Notes under the pieces: generated by a model
The model's database searches: none
Told to the model about the DNA's origin: nothing
The model's input: the letters and a program-made list of their open reading frames with translations, nothing else
Translations under genes and position numbers: made by a program
Origin: Mobula hypostoma
Taxonomy: Eukaryota
Direction: 5' to 3'
Length of the DNA stretch: 64,000 bases
Assembly (NCBI RefSeq): GCF_963921235.1
Contig: NC_086108.1
Location: 4,402,001-4,466,000 of the forward strand
In this document: in pieces, positions 15,029 through 25,679 of the stretch
Position numbering within the stretch: position 1 is the stretch's first letter
Layout: each line of letters begins with the position of its first letter

Positions 15029-15760
15029 CTAGCACCTCTGTCTAGAAATTGTCCTTAGCCTCTTGCCTGGCGTTTATCTCACAGTGAATGTCACTCAAGC
15101 AAGTTTATTTATTGAAACTAGGTTTTTCTCGCACTTTGCTGGAACAGCTTGAAGCTCTCTTTGTCTGCATTCACATAGTGACTGTATTTCAAATCATCTC
15201 CACTTTGCAAAGCACAGTCTTTAACTTTGGACAATGCTTCCGATTTCCAGGCTGTGCCTTGTTCAAAGTTCAAACGTCAAAGTAAATTTATTATCGAAGT
15301 ACATCAGTGGCACCATAGGCAACCCACTTCTGCACTCAGAGGGTGGTGAGAGTGTGGAACGAGCTGCTAGCACAAGTGGTGCGTGTGAGTTCGATTTCAA
15401 TGTTTAAGAGAAGTTTGAATAGGTACGTGGATGGAGGGCTATGGTCCTGGTGCAGGTCGATGGGAGTCGGCAGTTTGAATAATTTTGGCATGGAGTAGAT
15501 GGGCTGAAGGGCCTGTTTCTGTGCTGTACTTTTCTATGACTCTATGAGACCACCCTGAGATTTATTTTCTTGCAGGCACTCACAGTAGAAGAAATACAAT
15601 AGAATCAGTGAAAAACTAAACACAAAGTCTGACAAACAACCAACGTGCCAAAGAAGGCCAACTGCAAACACAAAACAAACAAATAAATAAATAATACTGA
15701 GAACGCGAGTTGTAGAGTCCTTGAAAGTGAGTCTGTAGGTTGTGAAATCAGCTCAGTGTT

Positions 15761-16045
15761 GTGGTGAGTGAAATTATCCACACTGGTTCAGGAGTCTGAT
15801 GGTTGTGGGGTAATAACTGTTCCTGAACCTGGTGGTGTGGGACCTGAGGCTCATTGTGGTGAGTGAAGTTATCCACACTGGTTCAGGAGCCTGATGGTTG
15901 TGGGGTAATAACTGTTCCTGAACCTGGTGGTGTGGGACCTGAGGCTAATTGTGGTGAGTGAAGTTATCCACACTGGTTCAGGAGCCTGATGGTTGAGGGG
16001 TAATAACTGTTCCTGAACCTGGTGGTGTGGGACCTGAGGCTCCTG
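15761..16045 (-). repeat. 95-bp x3 tandem array inside a LINE 3'-end remnant
   Basis: The unit GTGGTGAGTGAAGTTATCCACACTGG...GGGACCTGAGGCTCATT starts at 15761, 15856 and 15951. Confidence 0.9.
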
Positions 16046-16521
16046 TATCAGCTTGTTGAGGAAAGGCTGATCTCTGTGGAGTGTTATGGGGTGGGAGAGG
16101 TGGAGTGAGGTAAAATGGATTTTATTTATTGTATGTATACAGCACAGTAACAGGCCTTACCAGCCTAATGAGTCCACTCCACCCAGTTATATCCATTTGG
16201 CCAACGTATCGTGCCGTGAGGAGGTCAGAAACTGGAACCTTATCAGCGTAGCACAGAGTCTTAAATCTTACTGATAATTCCAGCTCTGGGACATGCCCTC
16301 TTCTCATTGCTTGCGCCGGGGGGGGGGTACAGGAGACTGAAGACACACGCTCAGTGTTTTATAAACAGCTTCTGATATGAGCCTGTGGGCCTCCGTGCTG
16401 GGCTTCTAGGTTTTCGAGCACTTGTATTTACTAATCGTTGTCTTAATTAGAGTTGTTAAGTCCTTGGGCTTTCTGTTTCATTTTGTCAAGTTAACTGTGA
16501 CAGGCATGGGTTTTCTGCAGA

Positions 16522-16860
16522 TCTTTCTATCTATCTACCTACCTACCTACCTACCTGTCTATCTTTGTAACTATCTATATATCTAGCTATCTGTCTTTCT
16601 AGTTATATATCTATCTCTATCTATCTACCCATCTATCTGTCTATCTATCTATTTAGCTATCTACCTATCTTTCTGTCTATCTATCGCCCTCTCTTTCTCT
16701 ATCTGTCTGTCTCTCTATCACTCTATATCTATCCATCTCCTTATCTCTCTCTCTATCCATCACTCTATCTCTCTCTATTCATCTCTATTTCTCTCTCTAT
16801 CCATCATTATCTATCTCTCTCTTTCTATTTCTCTCACTCTATCTGATGATCTATCTATTT
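16522..16860. repeat. Degenerate (TCTA)n/(TC)n microsatellite
   Basis: Seen directly in the sequence. Confidence 0.9.
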
Positions 16861-17078
16861 CTGGCTTGTTATGTATTTATGGTAATTTTAAGTATTACAC
16901 TGTACTGCGGCCACAAAATAACACAGGTCACAAGTTACTTCAGTGGTAATGGACCTTATTCTGACCCTGATCACTGCTGTTCTGTGTGTTCCTGTGGTGC
17001 TGCCACAAATGGTACCGGTACCTCACTCGTGCTGGTGAAAATGAACTCACGAAGCAAAGTGCTGTCTCAACAAAGCAT

Positions 17079-18115
17079 CATCCATCGTCAAAGATCTCCG
17101 CCATCCGGGCCAGGCCATCTTCTCACAGCTCCCATCGGGATCTCATCAGCAAAGATCTCCACTATCCAGGCCAGGCCATCTTCTCACAGCTCCCATCGGG
17201 ATCTCATCAGCAAAGATCTCCACTATCCAGGCCAGGCCATCTTCTCACAGTTCCCATCGGGATCTCATCAGCAAAGATCTCCACTATCCAGGCCAGGCCA
17301 TCTTCTCACAGCTCCCATCGGGATCTCATCAGCAAAGATCTCCACTATCCAGGCCAGGCCATCTTCTCACAGCTCCCATCGGGATCTCATCATCAAAGAT
17401 CTCCACTATCCAGGCCAGGCCATCTTCTCACAGCTCCCATCGGGATCTCATCATCAAAGATCTCCACCATGTGGGCCAGGCCATCTTCTCACAGCTCCCA
17501 TCGGGATCTCATCATCAAAGATCTCCACTATCCAGGCCAGGCCATCTTCTCACAGCTCCCATCGGGATCTCATCGTCAAAGATCTCCACCATGTGGGCCA
17601 GGTCATCTTCTCACAGCTCCCATCGGGATCTCATCGTCAAAGATCTCCACTATCCAGGCCAGGTTATCTTCTCACAGCTCCCATCGGGATCTCATCATCA
17701 AAGATCTCCACCATGTGGGCCAGGTCATCTTCTCACAACTCCCATCAGGATCTCATCAGCAAAGATCTCCACTATCCAGGCCAGGCCATCTTCTCACAGC
17801 TCCCATTGGGATCTCATCATCAAAGATCTCCCCCATGCGGGCCAGGCCATCTTCTCACAGCTCCCATCAGGATCTCATCATCAAAGATCTCCACTATCCA
17901 GGCCAGGTTATCTTCTCACAGCTCCCATTGGGATCTCATCATCAAAGATCTCCACCATGTGGGCCAGGTCATCTTCTCACAGCTCCCATTGGGATCTCAT
18001 CATCAAAGATCTCCCCCATCCGGGCCAGGCCATCTTCTCACAGCTCCCATCAGGATCTCCTCATCAAAGATCTCCACCATCCAGTCCAGGCTATCTTCTC
18101 ACAGCTCCCATCGGG
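17079..18115 (+). repeat. 61-bp minisatellite, about 17 copies, amplified from a Rex/Babar-type LINE 3' segment
   Basis: The unit CAAAGATCTCCACTATCCAGGCCAGGCCATCTTCTCACAGCTCCCATCGGGATCTCATCAT has a 61-nt period (17150, 17211). The last unit runs into LINE sequence reading LPSGRRHRSLKSHSTRFRNSYFP. Confidence 0.92.
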
Positions 18116-19103
18116 CAGGAGGCACAGGAGCCTGAAGTCCCACAGCACTAGATTCAGGAACAGCTATTTCCCTTCAGTCATTCAGTTCTTGAAGCAACTG
18201 GCACAGTCCTAATCACTACCTCATTATAACAACACGTAGTCCGTTCAATAAAATGGGGTTGTTTCCTTTTGCTCAATGCCTCAGTCGGAGAGAAGCATTG
18301 GGGTCCATCATGGGCCTCCAGAGCCTCCAGGATGCAGAAAGCTCCAAACCACATGGACAGAGACAGCAAAGCACCAGATCGCTCAATTGGTCCAAAAAAA
18401 TTCATGCCAATGATAATAGAGCCAATTCTACTTTCGATTCCTGCAGTTTTGTGTGTGTTGTCAGTAGGCAGAACAAAAGAGGACCTTTGCTATGCAGCTG
18501 AGCGGGCAAATGGGGTCTAGGCTACATGTTCCATAAAGAGGTGACATTCGTAAACCTACAGCCTCAAGCAGAAGGGGGATGAGAGCACTAGGTGCACGGA
18601 AACACCACCACTTATAGGTTCCCCGCCAGCCTGTATCTCCTCCATCACCATTCGTTCACAGTCATCAGGCCCAGGCCCTGGACTGCCCTGTCTAACCCTG
18701 ATTGGGGAAGGACTTTACCACAAGGACTACAAGCAGTTCAAGAAGGCAGCTCTGCGCATCTTTCCAAGGAATAAATTTCACCAAGTGTTGAAGTGATTTT
18801 AATCATGACGGGAAGAGATTCAATACCGGAGGAAGCTACAGGCCTTCTCTCAGAAAAGTGAGCTGACTTTGGAGAGGGTCTGGAGGAGGCTGATGAAAAT
18901 GATTCTGGGAATGAAAGGGTTAACACATGGGGAGCGTTTGTTGGCTCTGGGCCTCTAGCTGCTGAGGTTTAGAAGAATGGGGTGGGGGGGGGGTTCTCTT
19001 TAAGTCTTACCAAATATTGAAAGGCCTAGGGAGAGAGGACTTGGAAAGGGAAGTCAGATTCAGAATCAGGTTTAATATCACCCGCAGAGGTTGTCATAGG
19101 TTG

Positions 19104-19397
19104 TGTGGGCACGTGGCCAAGTGGTTAAGGCACTGGACTAGCGACCTGAAGGTCGTGAGTTCGAGCCCCAGCCGAGGCAGCGTGTTGTGTCCTTGAGCAA
19201 GGCACTTAACCACACATTGCTCTGCGACGACACCGGTGCCAAGCTGTATGGGTCCTAATGCCCTTCCCTTGGACAACATTGGTGTCGTGGAGAGGGGAGA
19301 CATGCAGCATAGGCAACTGCTGGCCTTCCATACAACCTTGCCCAGGCCTGCGCCCTGGAGAGTGAATCCATGGTCTCGCAAACTAACGGATGTCTTT
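19104..19397 (+). mobile_element. tRNA-derived SINE with a CORE-like central segment
   Basis: Pol III A box TGGCCAAGTGG (19114-19124), B box GAGTTCGAGCC (~19157-19167) and CORE-like GTGTCCTTGAGCAAGGCACTTAACC. It has a 7-bp TSD, TAGGTTG (19097-19103 / 19398-19404), and a second copy lies at 27029-27346. Confidence 0.85.
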
Positions 19398-20189
19398 TAG
19401 GTTGACTTATACATATAAATTATATAAAATATATAGTTAAAATAAATAAAGTGCAAAAAGAGAAAAAAAAGTAGTGAGGTAGTGTTCATGGGTTCAATGT
19501 CCATTCAGAAATCTGATGGCAGAGTGTCTTCAGGCTCCTGTCCCTCCTTCCTGATGGTAACAATGAGAAGAGGACATGTCCTGGGTGATGGGGGTCCTTC
19601 AAGATGGATGCTGCCTTTTTGAGGCATCGCTCCTTGAAGATATCCTGGATATTTAAGACAAGAAAGTGCAGGTGCAGAAGAGAAGGACATCTATTTAGAA
19701 CAAATATGGGGTTGAATTTCTTTAGCTAGAGAGTGGTGAATCTGTGGTATTTCTGTGGAGGCCAAGTCATTGGGTATGGTTAAAGCAGAGGTTCATAGGT
19801 TCTTGATTAGTCAAAGGAGAATGGGATTGAGAGGAACAATAATTCAGCCATGATGGAATGGAGAATTGACTTGATGGGCTGAATGGCCTAATTCTGCTCC
19901 TATATCTTGTGGTCTAAATGAGAATGAACGATTCAAAGTAGATTTATTTATTAAGGTATACAACCCTGAGATTAATCTTCCCCACAGACAAAATGCCACA
20001 GATGGAAAATAAAATAAATGTGCTATGGAAACAAGAGGGAAGGGAGGGCTGGTTAAATGTTTGCAAACTTCTGGGCAGGTCGAGCAATGAGGTGGGTGGG
20101 TGCATTCCCAGCTCACTGACTGTACTGAGATTTATGAATGGGGAAACTGACCCCCTGGGATGATTGACAGCCCTCACTCAAGGGAAGTG

Positions 20190-20477
20190 GAGGCCAGGAC
20201 TATAATTCCCAGCAGGCTCTGAGGGCTGCTGTGGACTACAATTCCCAGCAGGCATCGGGGTACCCCTTTTTTCCTCTCTCTCCTCTCACTTTACCCCCTC
20301 CCCAGGAGCGCAGGCGCGGCCCCGCCCCCTCCGCACAGGTGACGTCGCTCCCCAGGCACCAGGGCGCCTGTGATTGGCTGCTTTCTGGCCGCAGCCCTGT
20401 TCCATATTCTGAATGGTCAAAATGTAATGCTAAAACCAGAATTGTGATCTACAATATCTTATAGTATCAAAATGGCG
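20190..20477 (+). promoter_or_regulatory. DPF1: DPF1 proximal promoter / 5' region
   Basis: Two ZNF143/THAP11-type motifs GGACTAYAATTCCCAGCAGGC (20197-20217, 20233-20253). Also NRF1-like GCGCAGGCGC (20308-20317), GC box CCCCGCCCC (20320-20328), CRE-like TGACGTCG (20340-20347), reverse CCAAT TGATTGG (20371-20377), and YY1/Kozak CAAAATGGCG over the ATG. The region is locally CpG-rich and free of transposon sequence. Confidence 0.8.
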
Positions 20478-20503
20478 ACAGTCATTCAGAATCCTTTAAA
20501 ATC
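20472..20503 (+). CDS. DPF1: DPF1 coding exon 1 (MATVIQNPLK-S)
   Basis: ATG in a strong context (AAAATGG), followed by donor TC|GTGAGT in phase 2. The peptide matches the recalled vertebrate Dpf1 N-terminus (MATAIQNPLKS). It joins exon 2 in frame (TC+A = Ser). Confidence 0.9.
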
Positions 20504-21162
20504 GTGAGTATCTGCAATATTTCTGCGTTGCATTTGCAATTTGCCCTGGTCTCTTTTGCATTGGCCAATACTTTAAAAACTTGCATGCAATATAGGCTTT
20601 ATATAATTAATAATATGCAAAGTGCATAGCACTCAATAATTTTCTGCACCCATGGAATAATGGAGCTTTTTTTTTGCAGGCTGCAAATTTAATGCAATTT
20701 TTTTATTGTGTGTCATTATTCCTTTATTTAGGGGTAGTTTCTTTTTTTTCCCCTTCCCCTTCCTCTGGATTTCACCCACTTCCAAACTCTTTTGATGCAG
20801 AGTGCCTCTGCTCACCTTAAAGGTGACTGGCTGTGGTGGAGTGTACATTGTAGCCCTGTGTAGAGTGTGTGGTGCGACTGCTGGTGTTACAGTGTTAGTT
20901 AATGGGTATCTGATCAAGGGCTGAACCGCAGCGAGCCGCTTCTCTTTAATGAGAAGTGGGTTTGCGGCTCGCCAGCGCCACCCGGTGGGCGGTGACTGTC
21001 AACCGCAGCTCCATTAAAGGCGCTGGCCAGCACCAGGAAAGAATACTCAGCCGACGGAAAATATCCCTCCCCACCTATTGGATAGAGTTTACAGAACCAA
21101 TTTTTTTTCATTTTTAATCACTTCCAAAGATTTTTTGGCATCTTGTTTTAAAATAATTCGGT

Positions 21163-21340
21163 GTGTAGTGGTTAGGATAGTGCCAGTGACATGAGTTCAA
21201 TTCCCACCACTGCCTGAATGTTTTTCCCCGTTACCGCGTGGGTTTCCTCTTGGTGCTCTAGTTTCCTCCCACAGTCCAAAGACATTTGGTAGGTCAATTA
21301 ATCATTGTAAATTGTCCTGTGATTAGGCTAGGGTTAAATC
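21163..21340 (+). mobile_element. V-SINE-like (HE1-type) tRNA-derived SINE remnant
   Basis: B-box-like GAGTTCAATTCC and V-domain-like GCGTGGGTTTCCTC..GTTTCCTCCCACAGTCCAAAGAC. Related remnants lie near 23205-23410, 25420-25560 (-), 29830-29915 and 60915-61190. Confidence 0.6.
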
Positions 21341-22619
21341 GATGGGGGGGGGTGGTGGTGGTGGGAGGGCTCAGTGAGCTTAAATTATATTCAAATATAA
21401 TTCAAATATTTATGTTCAAATATTTTTTATATAATGTGGGGTTAACTTGAAGTCTATTTTTGGCTGGCACAGATTTGATGGGCCAAGTGGCCTCCTGTTT
21501 GAAAAAAATGTGTTTTCGCTGCAGGAAATTTCTATAAGAATTTGCGTCAGTGATTGTTGGTACATCTGGGTGCACTGGAGCTTGCTTTCAGCTTCAGAAC
21601 GGTATCACTAGGACTATTGACACCTGAAGCCCCTGCCTCACCTGTCTTGCTGCTGTCGAAATGCACTGGGCAATCATTCCACTGTCCCCTTCCCGTCCTG
21701 CCGTCTGTAATTTCGGGTTGAGATAAGACCCTGCAGTTCACAGCCCTGCTCTCAGTCGGCCCCTCTCCACCATGTCCTCCCTCCTGCACTCTGCGTCCAC
21801 CGATTTAAACATTCTTGCCTTCACTTTCAAACCCTCCTGTGCCCTTGTTCTTACCCCTTCCGGTATCTGCAAGCCCCCTGCATTCCTTCATTCCTCTCTT
21901 TGCCACTGGCATCTCCTCCTCCCCCTTAACCCCTCCCTATGACCCTTTTCCTCTCCCTCTTCCTATATCCCTCATCCTCTCTCTCTCTCCGTCCCTTCTC
22001 TCCCCACTGTGTTTCTCTCCCCCCCCCCCCACCGTGTGTGTGTGTATATCTCTCTCTCTTTCCTCCTCTCTGGGTATATCTCCCTCTTCAACCCCTTATC
22101 TCTGTTTCTCCCCCTCTCTCCAGCACCCACTCCCACGTCTCTGTTTCACTACCCCACCCCAAGGGGCCCAGCCCCAACCCATCGGAATCCCACACAGAAA
22201 CCCTCACTTCCTCCCCAGGACCCTTGTGGAATCCCTTCTGTCTGGGGCCCTGCCCCTCACCCCCCCCTTCCTCAGGGCTCTCTCTCTCCATCTTCCCCGA
22301 AATCCCTCTCCGCTTCCTTCTCGGAAATTCATACCTTCCCGGGGATTCTCTCCAGCCTGGATCAGCTCAGTCAACCGATATCCCACCGGGAAATCTGACG
22401 TTCGACTGATGAATTCTGTGGGAGCAGGCAGCTTGTTCTTTTAACTTTGTAAAATATCTCTGTGGCTAGGGTTCCTGCATGTTCAACGTTACTAAAATAT
22501 GGGCCAATGCTACATGGTGTTTCGAGATTGCAATTCAGTATGTTGCAATATAGTATGTTGATAGAACTCCTGCCCTGCATTTGGTACATAGACTGCTGCT
22601 GCATTGAGTTTGGAATTTA

Positions 22620-23200
22620 ATAAAACATGGGCTGGTGTTACAGTGTTCCTGATCTGTGTTTAGATGTTTAATAAATGCAGGCTGGTGTTTCTGGTCTGCG
22701 TTGGCATTATTTGGTAAAACACAGGCTGGTGTTACTGTGTTTCCAGTTTGTGTTTGGCATTTAGTAAAACACAGACTGGTGTTTGGGTATTTCTGGTCCA
22801 TATTTGGCATCTAATAAAACACAGGCAGGTGTTACTGTGTTTCTGGTCTGTGTTTGGCATGTAATAAAGCACAGACTAGTGTAGGGTGTTTCTGGTCTGT
22901 GTTTGGCATCTAGTAAAACACGGGCTGGTGTTACAGTGTCTCTGTTCTGCATTTGGCATTTGGTAAAGCATAGGTTGGTGTTATGGTGTTTCTGGTCTGT
23001 GTTTGACATCTAATAAACCACAGGCTGGTGTTAGTGTTTCTGGTATGTGTTTAGATGTTTAATAAAACACGGGCTGATGCTACAGTGTATCTGATCTGTC
23101 TTTGGCATCTGGTAAAACACAGGCTGGTGTTACTGTGTTTCCAGTCTGCGTTTGGCATCTAACAAAACACAGGTTGGTGTTAAGGTGTTTCCGGTCTGGG
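22620..23200. repeat. ~50-bp degenerate minisatellite, about 11-12 copies
   Basis: Approximate unit TGTTTCTGGTCTGTGTTTGGCATCTAGTAAAACACAGGCTGGTGTTACAG. Confidence 0.85.
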
Positions 23201-23417
23201 TTTCACGCGGTAGAGTAGCGGTTTGCCTAATGCTTTACAGTGCTAGCTGTGAGGTGGAGGTTTGACTCCTGCCACTGTCTGTAAGGAATTTGCACGTGAT
23301 TATGTGGGTTTCCTCCGGGTGCCACACACATTCCAAAGACAAACCGGTTAGTAAGTCGTGGGCACGCTGTGTTGGCGCTGGAAATGTGGTGACACTTGTA
23401 GGCTGCCCCCAGCTCAT

Positions 23418-24075
23418 GAATTTCAAGTTCCAGGGTGTCGACGTCTGTGAGGATCTGTCCTGGGCCCAACATAACGATACAGTCACAAAGCAGGCACCAC
23501 AGCAGCTATACTTCGTTAGGGACTTGAAGAGATTTGGTTTGTTACCAAAGACACTTGTAAATTTCTACAGATGAACCGTGGAAAGCATTCTAACTGGCTG
23601 CATCACCATCTTCTCTTGGGGAGGGGAGGAGGGCCACTGCACAGGATCAAAATAAGCTGCAGAAAGTTGTGAACTCAGTCAGATCCATCATGGGCACTAG
23701 CCTCCATAACATCCAGGACACCTTCAAAGAGCGGTGCCTCAGAAAGGCAGCATCCATCACTAAGGACCCCCATCATCCAGAACCTGCCCTCTTCTCATCG
23801 CTACCATCAGGGAGGAGGTACAGGAGCCTGAAGACACACACTCAATGATTCAGGAACAGATTCTTCCCCTCTGCCATCAGGTTTCTGAAGGGACATTGAA
23901 CCCATGAACACTACCTCACTACTTTTTTATTCTCTTTTTGCACTATTTATTTAATTTAACTTCTAAAATCTATTTCTTACTGTAATTTACTTTCTTTATT
24001 ATGTATAGCAATGTACTGCTGCCACATAGCAGCAAATTTCATCACATATGCCGTTGATATTAAAGCTGGTTCTGA
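23418..24075 (+). mobile_element. Decayed 3' end of a Rex1/Babar-type LINE
   Basis: Reads FKFQGVDVCEDLSW...QQLYFVRDLKRFGLLPKTLVNFYR...LPSGRRYRSLK, then a 3' UTR ending ATTAAAGCTGGTTCTGA. Confidence 0.75.
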
Positions 24076-25679
24076 CCCTCGGACTGTGTTGGGTGTTGAT
24101 ACAAAGGACACGTTTCACTGTGTGTTTTGGTGTGCCTGTGACAAATAAAGCTAATCTTTAATCTTTCAAACGCAGGACGCTGTTGCGGTGTTTCTGAGTG
24201 TGTGCAGCACTTAATTAAACACAGGCAGTGTGTCTGGTCTGCGTTTCAAGCCTGGTGCAGTGCGTGTAAGAGCGGTAATAGCCTGCACAGTGCAGTTTAT
24301 TATTCCCCAGTATAAGCAGCAGTCATTCTCCGAGGGGGCAAACCTCACCCATTGTGTGAGTGTCTGGAATGCAGTCAAATCCCGGCAGGAGGGATTTAGC
24401 AGCGCCTGAGGAACAAAAGACCTGCATTTCCATAGCACCATTCCAGATGCTTCAACACAGTTTGGAGCAGGAGAGAACACTGGTCACAGCAGCTGACTTG
24501 TCCAAAACTCTTCAACACCCCTAGACAACGGATCGAGCGCACATTTGCGGTTAGGGATCGCAGACTGGTTCCCCGCACAAAATGCTGAGCAAATTCAACA
24601 GGTCAGGCAGCATCCATGGAGAGGAATAAACAGTCGACGTTTCTGGATTAAACCCTTCGACAAAAGAAGCACAGAAATGAACCCTTCAGCTCAACTAGCT
24701 GTGCTGATAATCAAGTGTTCAGGCCTGAGACGTTGACTGTTTATTATCGACAGAGGTGCTGCCTGGCCTGCTGAGTTCCTCCAGCATGTTGTGTGTGTTG
24801 CTCTGGATTTCCAGTTCCTGCAGATTTTCTGGTGTTTTTTGGCTCTCTAGATTTTGTTTATAATTTATATTTCCATTCAACCCCTCATGTCTCTGCCAGT
24901 CCCCAGCACAGCCCCATTCACAGACCCTTCCAGTCCCCAGCACAACCCCATTCACAGGCTCTCTCATTTCCCAGCAAAACCCCTCCAGTTCCCAGAGCAA
25001 TTCACAGGGCCCTCCAGTTCCCAGCAAATCCCATTCACAGATCTCCAGTTCCCAGAGCAATCTCACTCACAACATGTAAGCAGACCATTCAACCCAACGA
25101 ATCGTTGCTGACCTAGACGTTAGACTAGTCCCATTTATCTGCGTCTGGCCCATATCCAATCTTAATCTTCACTATCCATGTCTCCGTGTCTTACGTCCAT
25201 CTTCTCCCTCTACTGATGTTCACGATGATGTTCTCCTTGTATCTTCCCTCGCAGTGACATCTCTGTCAAAAGGAACTGTGTTCTGTGGGCCCCCCCTCAA
25301 CCTGGTAAACTGTTCTCAGGTGTCACAGAGTGTCACAGTATTGAAATAGGCCCTAGCAACCACCTCCCCCCGCGAGATTCCACCCCTCTCCCACACACTC
25401 TGGATGGGAATTAACCCACACACCTGCTCATCATTGGGACAAGGGAGGAAACCAGAGTGCCCCAGGGGGAATCGTGCAAACTTCTCGCACAGACAGAATC
25501 GAACCCGGGCCTCAGGCACCATGAGGCACCGTCTTTGCCCACTGCGCCCCTGTGGCCACTGGAGAATTTCCCCCGTGGGACACAGACCTGTACGAGGGGT
25601 GAGTGAATGGCTGGTAGAGGGCAAAGGTTGCATCCAGGGGGCAGAACTGGGGCAGCACAGTAGTGTAGAGTTTAACACA

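Noticed and set aside
16846..18212. 429-aa and 408-aa ORFs as novel repeat proteins
   Set aside because: They are produced by a stop-free 61-bp LINE-derived minisatellite. All three frames give permutations of the same peptide, and there is no splice or promoter support.
19107..19180. tRNA gene
   Set aside because: The A and B boxes belong to the head of a ~295-bp SINE that has a TSD and a second dispersed copy. There is no convincing cloverleaf or terminator.
21025..21045. REST/RE1 site (CCAGCACCAGGAAAG) in a neural gene
   Set aside because: Half-site spacing is 1 nt and the right half deviates from GGACAG, so the match is too weak to call.
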